Source: an uncultured Thermoleophilia bacterium | GTDB lineage: Bacteria > Actinomycetota > Thermoleophilia > UBA2241 | Assembly (NCBI GenBank): GCA_963715985.1 | Contig: CAVQSP010000014.1 | Location: 608,001 to 672,000 of the forward strand | Direction: 5' to 3' | DNA: 64,000 nucleotides | In this document: piece by piece, positions 1-9,487 of the stretch | How the letters are laid out: every line of letters begins with the position of its first letter | Position numbering within the stretch: position 1 is the stretch's first letter | Program-made: the position numbers and the translations under genes | Notes under the pieces: model-generated | Database searches by the model: none | Told to the model about the DNA's origin: nothing | What the model saw: the letters and a program-made list of their open reading frames with translations, nothing else

Positions 1-1
1 C

Positions 2-1669
2 CGTCCGCTGGACGAAGAGGCGACTGCGCAGGTCCTCCTTGGGTTGCGCGATCAGCAGGTCGAGGCGGTCGGTGTGTGTCTGCTCTTCTCGACGATCAAT
101 CCCGCGCACGAGCTGCGCGTTGGCGAGCTTCTGGCCGAGCTCGTGCCGGAGATCCCCTTCACGCTCTCGCACAAGCTCAACCCGATCCTCAGAGAGTACC
201 GTCGGGCGTCGTCGACGGTCATCGATGCCTCGCTGAAACCGGTGATGAGCCAGTATCTTCACGGCCTCGAGGCCAGACTCCGGGAGGTCGGCTTCCGCGG
301 TCGACTCCTCGTCTCCACCTCCAACGGTGGCGTGCTCGACGCCGCGGAAGTGGCGGAGGCTCCCATCCATGCTCTCAATTCCGGTCCCGCCATGGCTCCC
401 ATCGCCGGCCGCGCTATCGCCGCGTCGGAGACCGGTCACGCCACGGTCGTCGTCGCCGATACGGGCGGGACGACCTACGACGTGAGCGTCGTCCAGCGGG
501 GCCGCATCCCGACGACCGTGGAGACCTGGGTCGGCCCGAGGTACGTCGGTCACATGACCGGCTTCCCTTCGGTCGACGTGCGGAGCGTCGGCGCCGGTGG
601 CGGCAGCATCGCCTGGGTCGACACGCATGGCCTCCTGCACGTGGGCCCGCAGAGCGCAGGCGCCGACCCGGGCCCCATCTGCTACGGCCGCGGCGGTGAC
701 AGACCCACGCTCACCGACGCTTGCCTGGTCCTGGGGTATCTCGACCCCGCCTACTTCCTCGGCGGCGCCATGAAGCTCGAGGTGGGCGCTGCCCGGGAGG
801 CGCTGAAGGACCTGGGCGGCCAACTCGGCCTGAAGGCAGAGCCGGCCGCCCATGCGGTCGTACAGGTGGCCACCGAGAACATGGTGCAGGCGATAGAGTC
901 GATCACGATCGAGCAGGGTATCGACCCCACAGTCGCCGTGCTCATCGGCGGCGGCGGCGCGGCCGGCTTGAACGCCTCCATCGTGGGCAGAAGGCTCGGC
1001 TGCGACACCGTGATCATCCCGCAGCTCGGCGGTGTGCTGAGCGCCGTGGGGATGCTGCTGTCCGACCTCGTGGCCGAGTATGCCGCCACGTTCGTGGCGA
1101 CCAGCGACGACTTCGACCTGGCCGGCGTCAACGAGATCCTCGCCGGGCTGGAGGCGCGCGCCCGCGCCTTCATCGAGAGGGCCGGCCAGGACTCGGTCTC
1201 ATCGTCGCTGACATTCTCGGCTGACGCGCGCTATCCGGAGCAGATCTGGGAACTGCCGGTGACCTTGAGCAAGGGCCGGTTCGCGGATCTGGACGACGTG
1301 GAAGCGCTCCGTCGGGGGTTCCATGAGATCCATCACGAAGTGTTCGCAGTTAGCGACCCCCTGTCCTCGATCGAGATCGTCGGCTGGCGTGTGCGCGCCG
1401 AGTGCCGACTGCGAGAGAGAGACCTCAGCGTCCCGCTCGAAGAGGGCTCGGGGCCAGGCCACGGGGCGCGAGAGGCCTGGTTCCCAGACGTGGGGACGCT
1501 GTCCACCCCGGTCGTGGAGTTCTCCAGCCTGACGGAGAACGAACCGAGACTGGGGCCGCTCCTGGTCGAGTCCCCGCTGACGACCGTGGTCGTGGAACCC
1601 GGAACGGTGGCGGTGCGCTCCGGGCTCGGGAACCTTCTCCTGAGCCGCAACGACCCTGGACTCACCTGA
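2..1669 (+). CDS. Hydantoinase/oxoprolinase family subunit A (HyuA/OplA-like, ATP-dependent); 5' end lies outside the window
   Basis: Frame is open from base 2. Motifs EYRRASSTVIDA, SGPA, DTGGTTYDV, GAGGGSIAW, VGPQSAGADPGPICYGRGG, PTLTDA. Confidence 0.92.
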   Translation, partial: RPLDEEATAQVLLGLRDQQVEAVGVCLLFSTINPAHELRVGELLAELVPEIPFTLSHKLNPILREYRRASSTVIDASLKPVMSQYLHGLEARLREVGFRGRLLVSTSNGGVLDAAEVAEAPIHALNSGPAMAPIAGRAIAASETGHATVVVADTGGTTYDVSVVQRGRIPTTVETWVGPRYVGHMTGFPSVDVRSVGAGGGSIAWVDTHGLLHVGPQSAGADPGPICYGRGGDRPTLTDACLVLGYLDPAYFLGGAMKLEVGAAREALKDLGGQLGLKAEPAAHAVVQVATENMVQAIESITIEQGIDPTVAVLIGGGGAAGLNASIVGRRLGCDTVIIPQLGGVLSAVGMLLSDLVAEYAATFVATSDDFDLAGVNEILAGLEARARAFIERAGQDSVSSSLTFSADARYPEQIWELPVTLSKGRFADLDDVEALRRGFHEIHHEVFAVSDPLSSIEIVGWRVRAECRLRERDLSVPLEEGSGPGHGAREAWFPDVGTLSTPVVEFSSLTENEPRLGPLLVESPLTTVVVEPGTVAVRSGLGNLLLSRNDPGLT

Positions 1670-1700
1670 CGTCATGGCACCCGACAGTGCGGAGGTCCAC

Positions 1701-3491
1701 ATGAAGGCCGAGGCGTCCAAGTCCTCATCGTCCACGATCGACGGCGTGAAGCTCGCCATCATGAGCAGCCGGATGGACGGGATCGTTACGCGCATGACGA
1801 ACACGCTGCTGCGCACGGCCCGTTCGGGCGTGCTGGCGGTCGCCAAGGACTTCTCCTGCTGCCTCCTCGCCGCGAACGGGGACCTTCTCGCGATGGCCGA
1901 AGCAGAGCCCATCCACGTCCTCAACAGCCACTTGCTCGGGCGCGCGCTGAACGAACTTCAGCCGGTACTCAAGCCGGGAGACGCCTTTCTCAACAACTCG
2001 CCCTATCACGGGAACACGCACGCCGCCGACTGGTCGGTGCTCGTCCCCATCTTCGATGACGACGGCAGGCACCGCTGCACGGCGGTGGTGAAGGGACATC
2101 AGGCGGACTGTGGGGATTCCATTCCGACGACGTATCACAGCGCCGCCAAGGACGTGTACGAGGAGGGGGCTCTCATCTTCCCGTGCGTGAAGGTCCAGAG
2201 CGACTACGAGGACAACGAGGACATCGTCCGCATGTGCAGGATGCGGATCCGCGTACCGGACCAGTGGTGGGGCGACTACCTCGCTCTCATCGGCGCCGCG
2301 CGCATCGGAGAGCGCGAGATGGTCGAGTTCGGGCGCGAAGTGGGGTGGGACGTCATCGACAGCTTCATCGCCCAGTGGTTCGACTACAGCGAGCGCACGA
2401 TGATCGAAGCGGTCAGAGGCCTCACCGCAGGGCGGACCACCGTGCGCGGGTGGCATGACCCCGTCGAGGGTCTCGATGCTCTGCCGGTCAACGTCAGCGT
2501 CGGGGTGGATCCCGAGAACGCCATGATCGAGGTCGATCTGCGCGACAACATGGATTGCCAGCCGTTCGGGCTGAACCTGAGCGAAGCCTGTTCGAGTGGC
2601 GCCGCTCTGGCAGGCGTCTTCTGCGGGATCTGCGCGGACATCCCGTTCAACGGCGGCAGTCTGCGACGAGTCCGGGTCCACCTTCGCGAGAACTGCATCG
2701 TGGGCATCCCTCGCCATCCCTTCAGCTGCTCGGCGAGCACCACCAACCTGGCGGACCGCGTGGCCAACACGGTGATGCGGGCCATGGCCGACCTCGGGGA
2801 CGGCATGGGGCGGGCGGAATACGGCCTCGTCTTGCCGCCCTCCATCGGCGTGATCTCGGGGAACGACCCCCGCAGTGGCGGCGCCCCGTTCGTGGACGAG
2901 GTCTTCCTGCACGGCCTTACGGGAGGTGCCGCGACTCCGCACGCGGACGGCTGGCTTACCGCGACCGACGCCGTCACGTTGGGCATGGGTCTTCTGGACA
3001 GCGCCGAGATCGACGAGATCGCCTTCCCCATCCGGGTACTTGAGCAGCGCCTGATCCCCGACAGCGAAGGGCCGGGCAGGTTCTGTGGCGCGCCTGGAGC
3101 CATGACCGTGATGGAAGCCGTGGATACCACCATCGAGATCTGGTACGGCAGTGACGGCACGGTGAATCCCGCGCTGGGCGCACGGGGCGGCGGACCCGGC
3201 AGTCGAGCGGAAGCCTGGAAGCGCCTAAGTACCGGCGAGATCGTGCAGGCGCCGGCGCACGGCCTGGTGAAGCTCGAGCCGGGCGAGGCGATGATCTCCA
3301 AGAGCTGCGGCGGCGGCGGCTACGGCTCGCCCCTCGAACGCGACCCGCAGCGGGTGCTGCACGACGTCCTCGAGGGCCGTGTCTCTGTGACGCGGGCGCG
3401 AGAGGTGTACGGGGTCGCTGTGCTCGATGGGCTCGTCGACCAGGCTGCCACGGAGGACCTGCGCTCAGGCATGCAGGGTGAGGCCACCTGA
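1701..3491 (+). CDS. Hydantoinase B/oxoprolinase family subunit
   Basis: Motifs DFSC, NSPYHGNTHAAD, GHQADCG, EEG, C-terminal GGGGYGSPLERDP. GGAGG at 1691-1695 precedes ATG 1701 (alternative start 1674). Confidence 0.92.
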   Translation: MKAEASKSSSSTIDGVKLAIMSSRMDGIVTRMTNTLLRTARSGVLAVAKDFSCCLLAANGDLLAMAEAEPIHVLNSHLLGRALNELQPVLKPGDAFLNNSPYHGNTHAADWSVLVPIFDDDGRHRCTAVVKGHQADCGDSIPTTYHSAAKDVYEEGALIFPCVKVQSDYEDNEDIVRMCRMRIRVPDQWWGDYLALIGAARIGEREMVEFGREVGWDVIDSFIAQWFDYSERTMIEAVRGLTAGRTTVRGWHDPVEGLDALPVNVSVGVDPENAMIEVDLRDNMDCQPFGLNLSEACSSGAALAGVFCGICADIPFNGGSLRRVRVHLRENCIVGIPRHPFSCSASTTNLADRVANTVMRAMADLGDGMGRAEYGLVLPPSIGVISGNDPRSGGAPFVDEVFLHGLTGGAATPHADGWLTATDAVTLGMGLLDSAEIDEIAFPIRVLEQRLIPDSEGPGRFCGAPGAMTVMEAVDTTIEIWYGSDGTVNPALGARGGGPGSRAEAWKRLSTGEIVQAPAHGLVKLEPGEAMISKSCGGGGYGSPLERDPQRVLHDVLEGRVSVTRAREVYGVAVLDGLVDQAATEDLRSGMQGEAT

Positions 3492-3599
3492 ACGTCTGCC
3501 GGCGTGTGTTGCGGTCGCCACCGCCCAGGGCAGGCGGAGGGAGCGCCTGCTCCGGTGTAGGAGTCCGTCGGGGCCGGGTCGCGCCCGCCCGACCGAACC

Positions 3600-3662
3600 T
3601 TGACCGAAGGTCAGACGGTCCGTAGTATCCAACGCATATACCGGGCGTATCGTCAGCGTATG
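3600..3662 (+). promoter_or_regulatory. Sigma-A-type promoter (TTGACC-17-TAGTAT) overlapped by four 11-bp-phased GTAT-like boxes (putative operator)
   Basis: -35 at 3600-3605, -10 at 3623-3628. Boxes at 3625, 3636, 3647 and 3658. A near-identical arrangement occurs at 17575-17636. Confidence 0.7.
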
Positions 3663-3938
3663 TGTGACGGTCGCTGCTCGCTCCTCTCGCGACGAGTGGC
3701 CGCGCTCGGCCCTGACCGGGGCAGAAGATCAGATCCTGCGAACGGCGGTGATCTTGAGAGCGACCTGGATCGTAGTGCGAACGCATTCACGGAGCGCCGC
3801 CATCCTGTCGCGTCGCGACAGCCTCGGGGGCGGCGGTCGTCTGGCCGCCGCCGCACATCCAAACGTTGTCTCCGGCTTCACTTCGAACCATCATCGCTAT
3901 GTACCGGCACGTGGGCATGACACGCAAGGGGGAAGCGC

Positions 3939-5585
3939 ATGAAGTCAGGGAGTGACAAAGAAGGCATCGGCAAGCGGAACCTGACACGGCGGGAGCTGCT
4001 GCAGGCCGGCGCGGTCGCGGGGCTCGGCGCCGGGCTGATCGGCACGGGTCTCGGGGCGGCGGGATGCGGGAGCAGCGACGACGGTGGCGCGAGCGCGTCG
4101 CCGTCGGCGTCGGGAGCGGCGGGCGCGCTCAAGCCCGGCGGCATCTTCACCCTCGCCACCGATCAGATGTTCCCTAAGGACAACCTCAACCCGCTGACCA
4201 ACACCACCGACGGCATCGATGCGCTCGAAGGGATGCTTCGTGAGGGGCTCGTGACCTACGACTTCACCTTCACGCCGCAGCCGCGACTGGCCGAGAGCTG
4301 GGAGTTGACCCCGGATTCCATGGAGTACACGTTCCATATCCGGCCCAACGTGACGTGGCACGACGGCACGCCGTTCACTGCGAGGGACGCCAAGTGGTCT
4401 CTCGACAGGGTCATGTCGCCAGACGGCGGGTCGGGCATGATGGACCGTCTCAGCACGAGCATCGAGAATGAGGGCGTCATCGTCGTCGACGACATGACGC
4501 TCAAGCTCAAGCTGAAGCGGCCGGACTCGCTGCTCTTGCTCGCACTCTCCAACCAGCAGTGTTACTTCACCAAGGAGAACAGCACGACGGCCGACTTCGA
4601 GAAGGGCATCGGGACCGGTCCCTTCATGCTGAAGTCATGGAACCCGGGCCAGAGCTACGAGGTCGATAAGTACCCCGGCTACTGGATGAGTGGGTACCCC
4701 GTCCTGGATGGAGTGCGCGGCGTCCAGATCCCCGAGGCCTCCACGAAGCTGCAGTCCGTGGCCTCCGGCTCGTCTAGCGTCACGCAGATCGCCTTCGACC
4801 AGCTCGCCGTGGTCAACGCCAACTCCAACCTGCAGATCACCCCGTACGAGAAGGGCATCACCTACAACGTGGTCTGCGATACCACCGTGAAACCGTTCAG
4901 CGACCCGAGCGTGCGCCGGGCCATCAAGCTCTCGCTTGACCGCAAGGTCGTGATGGACGTCGCCTACGCGGGCCAGGCCTTCGCCTCGCCGGACGCCTGG
5001 GTCGCCATGGGCGACCCCTTCATGGACGACGCCCTCACAACGGCCGCCACCACGATGGACCGGGCGAAGGCTGCGGAACTGATGACCGCCGCCGGCTACC
5101 CGGACGGCATCGACCTGACGCTCAAGGCGCCCGGCGATCCTCTGCACGGCAACTTCGCCCTGGCGATCGTCGCCGGTCTCAAGGGCTCGCCCTTCCGCGT
5201 CACGGCCAAGCAGATCCCGGCCGCGACCTACTGGGACACGGTGTGGATGAAGGACCCATTCTGCGTGGACGACTGGAACCGCCGTCACCCCGTCGAGTGC
5301 GCCGCCCTCAACATGTACCCGAACGCACCCTGGAACGAATCCAAGTGGAAGAACGAGGAGATGGCCGCGCTGCTCGACAAGGCCTACGCCTCGCAGGGCG
5401 ATGCTCTCACGCAGGCCACCACCGACGTGTGCAACTTCATGCGCGCCGGCGGTGAGGGCGAAGGCGGCAGCGGCGAGATCGTCCCCGCCTACCTGAACCG
5501 CCTGTGGACCGCCTTGAAGACGACCAAGGTGGTGCCCTGGACGTTCTCCATGCTCGACACGCGGTACTGCGGGTTCTACGCGTGA
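3939..5585 (+). CDS. ABC transporter substrate-binding protein, family 5 (Opp/Dpp-like); Tat-exported lipoprotein
   Basis: Twin-arginine TRRELL, lipobox AAGC, LAESWE...YTFHIRPNVTWHDGTPFTARD, GTGPF. Confidence 0.92.
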   Translation: MKSGSDKEGIGKRNLTRRELLQAGAVAGLGAGLIGTGLGAAGCGSSDDGGASASPSASGAAGALKPGGIFTLATDQMFPKDNLNPLTNTTDGIDALEGMLREGLVTYDFTFTPQPRLAESWELTPDSMEYTFHIRPNVTWHDGTPFTARDAKWSLDRVMSPDGGSGMMDRLSTSIENEGVIVVDDMTLKLKLKRPDSLLLLALSNQQCYFTKENSTTADFEKGIGTGPFMLKSWNPGQSYEVDKYPGYWMSGYPVLDGVRGVQIPEASTKLQSVASGSSSVTQIAFDQLAVVNANSNLQITPYEKGITYNVVCDTTVKPFSDPSVRRAIKLSLDRKVVMDVAYAGQAFASPDAWVAMGDPFMDDALTTAATTMDRAKAAELMTAAGYPDGIDLTLKAPGDPLHGNFALAIVAGLKGSPFRVTAKQIPAATYWDTVWMKDPFCVDDWNRRHPVECAALNMYPNAPWNESKWKNEEMAALLDKAYASQGDALTQATTDVCNFMRAGGEGEGGSGEIVPAYLNRLWTALKTTKVVPWTFSMLDTRYCGFYA

Positions 5586-6628
5586 CGGAAGTCCCCGACC
5601 CTTACTTCTCGGAGACTGCGCTAGCGCCCCAGGAGGACGCGACCGCCGCCCTCCCCCCCGACAAGGGGGGAGCGGCGGCGGTCATCTGGCTGTTCGTGCG
5701 TTCGCGGTTCCTGCCGGCGCTCATCACGCTCTGGCTGATCTCGATCATCGTCTTCGCCTCGACGCACGTGTTGGGCATCAACGTGGCCCGCCGCGTGCTC
5801 GGGCGCGAGGCCACCCCCGCTCAGCTGGAGGCGTTCAGCAAGGCGCACGGCCTGGACAAGCCCATCTTCGACCAGTACACGTCGTGGCTCTCGGACTTCG
5901 TCAAGGGCGATTGGGGCATGTCGGCGGCAAGCGTGCGGCCAGTGAGCGAGATCGTGGTGCCCCGCACGATCAACACGCTGATCCTCGCGCTGGCGGCCAT
6001 CATCATCGCGCTGCCGATCTCGATCATGTTCGGCATCTATCTGGCCAGACCGGGCTCGCGGGCACGTGAGCTGATCCTCTCGATAGGCAACGTCTCTCTG
6101 GCGGCCATCCCCGTCTTCGTCATCGGCATCCTTCTGATCTACGGGCTCTCGGTGAAGCTGGGATTGACGCCGGTGGACAGCATGGGCATGTCCTTCGGGA
6201 CGTGGAACGACAAGGTGGCGGCGTTCATCCTGCCCACCATCACCCTCGTCATCTCCCTGCTGCCGCACATCTCCCGCCTCACGCAGGTCTCGGTGCGTGA
6301 GACCATGACGACGCCGTACGCGCGGGCGGCAGTTCTCCGCGGACTCACGCGCCGCACGATCACCTACAGGCACCTGATGCCCAACGCCGCCGGGCCCATC
6401 ATCAACGTGGTCGCCCTCGACCTCATCTGGCTCATCGGCGGCGTCATCATCGTCGAGAACGTCTTCGGCTTTCCCGGCCTCGGGACCCTGCTCGTCGAGT
6501 CCATCGGGGCCGGCGACCTGCTCGTGGTCCAGGCGGTCGCCATGATCTGCGGCGTCCTGTTCATCGGCATCGGCATCGCCGCGGACATGCTCGTGACGCT
6601 GTTCAACCCCAGACTGAGGAATGGCTGA
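5582..6628 (+). CDS. Peptide/nickel-type ABC permease (DppB-like)
   Basis: GLDKPIFDQY, EAA-like loop YARAAVLRGL, VENVFGFPGLG. GTG start overlaps the upstream stop (GTGA). Confidence 0.9.
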   Translation: MTEVPDPYFSETALAPQEDATAALPPDKGGAAAVIWLFVRSRFLPALITLWLISIIVFASTHVLGINVARRVLGREATPAQLEAFSKAHGLDKPIFDQYTSWLSDFVKGDWGMSAASVRPVSEIVVPRTINTLILALAAIIIALPISIMFGIYLARPGSRARELILSIGNVSLAAIPVFVIGILLIYGLSVKLGLTPVDSMGMSFGTWNDKVAAFILPTITLVISLLPHISRLTQVSVRETMTTPYARAAVLRGLTRRTITYRHLMPNAAGPIINVVALDLIWLIGGVIIVENVFGFPGLGTLLVESIGAGDLLVVQAVAMICGVLFIGIGIAADMLVTLFNPRLRNG

Positions 6629-7520
6629 GATGAGCACCGTGGAGCAGGTGGTCACGACCGTCCCGACGTACGTACCCGGGCGCCAGAGCCTCTGGCGCAG
6701 TGTGCTGCGCACCACGGAGGGCAAGATCGGCATCGGGCTGGGGGCGTTCATGATCGGCCTCATCGTGCTGGGTGCCATCTTCGGGCCCACGACGGACTAC
6801 AACGCCGCGATGCCCGGCGCCGGCTCCTCGGCCGCGCACTGGTTCGGCGCGGACACGCTGGGACGCGACGTGCTGAGTCGCTTCCTTGCCGGCGGCACGA
6901 CGGTGTTGCTCATCCCGCTCATCGCGGTGACGCTTTCACTGCTCATCGGCGGCAGCCTCGGGCTGTTCGGCGCCTACTGGGGTGGCTGGCCGGACGTCGT
7001 CATCGCCAAGGTCTTCGACGTCATCCTCACGTTGCCGCCGCTGCTGATCGTGCTGGTGATCATCGGCGGTCTCGGGGCCTCCAACACCGTCCTGATCATC
7101 ACTGTGGCGCTGGTGTACGCACCCGGCCTGGGGCGGGTGGTGCGAGGCTCGGCGCAGTCGGTGATCGTCAATCCCTACGTGCTCTCCGCGCAGGCGCGTG
7201 GGGAGCGCGATCTCACGATCATCTTCCGCGAGGTGCTCCCCAACGTCTCCGGGCCCACCCTGGCCGAGTTCGGCCTGCGGCTCACCTACGGCATCCTGTT
7301 CGTGGCGACGCTCAGCTTCCTCGGTCTGGGCGTGCAGCCGCCCAGCCCCGACTGGGGACTCATGGTCGCGGAGAACCGCGGCCTGATCACAGTGGCGCCC
7401 TGGGCCACCCTGCTCCCGGCGCTCGGCATCACCGCGCTGGCCGTGGCGCTGAACCTGACTGCCGACGCGCTCTCCAGAGTCCTGGCGGGCGACGACCTGA
7501 GCCGGCTGGCGGTGATATGA
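6621..7520 (+). CDS. Peptide/nickel-type ABC permease (DppC-like)
   Basis: HWFGADTLGRDVLSR, LSFLGLGVQPPSPDWG. Confidence 0.92.
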   Translation: MAEMSTVEQVVTTVPTYVPGRQSLWRSVLRTTEGKIGIGLGAFMIGLIVLGAIFGPTTDYNAAMPGAGSSAAHWFGADTLGRDVLSRFLAGGTTVLLIPLIAVTLSLLIGGSLGLFGAYWGGWPDVVIAKVFDVILTLPPLLIVLVIIGGLGASNTVLIITVALVYAPGLGRVVRGSAQSVIVNPYVLSAQARGERDLTIIFREVLPNVSGPTLAEFGLRLTYGILFVATLSFLGLGVQPPSPDWGLMVAENRGLITVAPWATLLPALGITALAVALNLTADALSRVLAGDDLSRLAVI

Positions 7521-9445
7521 GCGCCGCCGCCAGCGAGCACGCCGGCGTCCGCCCGGCCGGGTCGTGCGACACCACGCGCCTCAGTCCTGACGGAGCCGCG
7601 CTCGTCGTCGAAGACCTCAGCGTCGGCTACCATCAGAAGGACGGCGGCGTGCTGCGTGTGGTCGCCAACGTCGATCTCAAGCTGTTCCCCGGCCAGGTGC
7701 TGGGACTCGCCGGCGAGTCGGGCTGCGGCAAGAGCACGGCCGCCCTGGCAGCCGTCGGCTACCGGCATCCCGGCGGCGTCATCCTCAGCGGCCGGTCGCT
7801 CCTCGGCGACGTCGAGTTGCTGGAGATGAAGCCGGCCGCCCTGCGCCTGCTGTGGGGCGGCCAGGTCGCCTACATCTCGCAGAACGCCGGGATGTCGCTG
7901 AACCCGGCGCTGACGATCGCGCGGCACTTCGACGAGGTGCTGAGCCGGCACGCGGGCCTGCACGGGTCCGCGGCCGCCGCGCGCGAGCTGGAACTGCTCA
8001 CCTCCGTCCAGCTGCCGGATCCCAAAGGATCCCTCCTGAGGTATCCGCATCAGCTGAGCGGCGGTCAACAGCAGCGCGTCTCGCTGGCGCTGGCCTTCGC
8101 CTGCCGTCCGGCCGTCCTCATCCTCGACGAGCCCACCACCGGGCTCGACGTCACCACGCAGACCTACATCACGGCCCTGCTGCAGACGCTCATCGCCGAG
8201 ACTCAAGTGGCGGTCATGTACGTGAGCCACGACCTGGCCCTGCTCTCGACCGTGTCCAACGACGTGGCCGTCATGTATGCGGGCGAGATGGTCGAGCGCG
8301 GGCCGGTGGCCGAGATGGTCAGGGCGCCGCTGCACCCGTACACCAACGCCCTGTTGCGCGCGGTGCCCAGCGCCCGCGCCCGGCAGTCCATCGCCGGCAT
8401 CGCCGGCGAGCCCCCCGTGAGCGTCTGCGACGACTGCTGTTCCTTCGCGCCGCGCTGCCCCTACGTGGAGGAGCGCTGCCGGGCACAGCACCCTGACAGC
8501 AGGCAGATCGAGCCACTGCGCACGTCGCGCTGCTTCCGCACTGAAGAGGTGCGCGACGAGCTGCGCATCGTCGTCGACATCGACGAGCGTGTCTCTGCGG
8601 CCCAGGTACGGTCGGCGGAGGAGGGGCGCCCATCTGACCTCCTCACGGTGGAGGGCGTGTCCTGCTACTACGGGTCGGGACGCCGCCGTTTGGCAGCCGT
8701 CAAGGACGTCTCGCTGCACCTCTCCGACGCCGAGGTGCTCGGCATCGTCGGGCTGAGCGGCAGCGGCAAGTCCACGCTCCTGCGGGCGATCTCCGGGATC
8801 CTGGAGGACTACACGGGGACGATCTCCCTGCGCGGCGAGTCGCTCGCCCACCGTGCCGTCAAGCGCCCGCGACAGCTGCGCCGACAGGTGCAGATCGTCT
8901 TTCAGGACCCTGCCTCGTCGCTCAACCCGCGGCACACCGTCAACCAGATCATCGCGCGCGCCGTCCGGCTGTTCCGCGAGGACGTGCCCCACGACAAGAC
9001 GGCGGACACCGTGGCGGAGCTCCTGGAGAGCGTGAAGCTGTCGCGCTCGTTCCTGCCCCGGTATCCATCCGAGCTCAGCGGTGGGCAGCAGCAGCGCGTC
9101 GCCATCGCCCGCGCCTTCGCCGCGCGACCGAGCCTGCTGCTCTGCGACGAGGTCACCTCGGCCCTGGACGTCTCCGTCGCCGCCACGATCATCGAACTGT
9201 TGCGCGACCTCACGAGCCAGTCCGGGACGGCCGTGCTGTTCGTCAGTCACGACCTGGCGGTGGTGCGCACCCTGGCCGACAGGGCCATCGTGATGCGCGA
9301 CGGGCGGGTGTGTGAGGAGGGGTCGACGGAGAAGCTGTTCCGCGCGCCCGAGCACCCCTACACGATCGAGCTGCTCGAGTCGATCCCGGACATCGCGGAC
9401 GTGCGCGCAGGCAGACGGCTGTTGCCGAGCGACTCCCCGGTGTGA
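7517..9445 (+). CDS. Fused double ABC ATPase (DppD/DppF-like)
   Basis: Two Walker A motifs (GESGCGKS, GLSGSGKS), two LSGGQQQR signatures, HPY motifs and a Cys-rich linker. Confidence 0.93.
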   Translation: MSAAASEHAGVRPAGSCDTTRLSPDGAALVVEDLSVGYHQKDGGVLRVVANVDLKLFPGQVLGLAGESGCGKSTAALAAVGYRHPGGVILSGRSLLGDVELLEMKPAALRLLWGGQVAYISQNAGMSLNPALTIARHFDEVLSRHAGLHGSAAAARELELLTSVQLPDPKGSLLRYPHQLSGGQQQRVSLALAFACRPAVLILDEPTTGLDVTTQTYITALLQTLIAETQVAVMYVSHDLALLSTVSNDVAVMYAGEMVERGPVAEMVRAPLHPYTNALLRAVPSARARQSIAGIAGEPPVSVCDDCCSFAPRCPYVEERCRAQHPDSRQIEPLRTSRCFRTEEVRDELRIVVDIDERVSAAQVRSAEEGRPSDLLTVEGVSCYYGSGRRRLAAVKDVSLHLSDAEVLGIVGLSGSGKSTLLRAISGILEDYTGTISLRGESLAHRAVKRPRQLRRQVQIVFQDPASSLNPRHTVNQIIARAVRLFREDVPHDKTADTVAELLESVKLSRSFLPRYPSELSGGQQQRVAIARAFAARPSLLLCDEVTSALDVSVAATIIELLRDLTSQSGTAVLFVSHDLAVVRTLADRAIVMRDGRVCEEGSTEKLFRAPEHPYTIELLESIPDIADVRAGRRLLPSDSPV

Positions 9446-9487
9446 TGGGAGCCCGCGGCCGCGACCTCGGCGCGTGGCTCTTGGGGA

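Noticed and set aside
3664-3942. Small ORFs (92 and 106 aa) in the intergenic region before the binding-protein gene
   Set aside because: They have no convincing RBS, Arg/Ser-rich non-coding-like composition and no recognisable motif.
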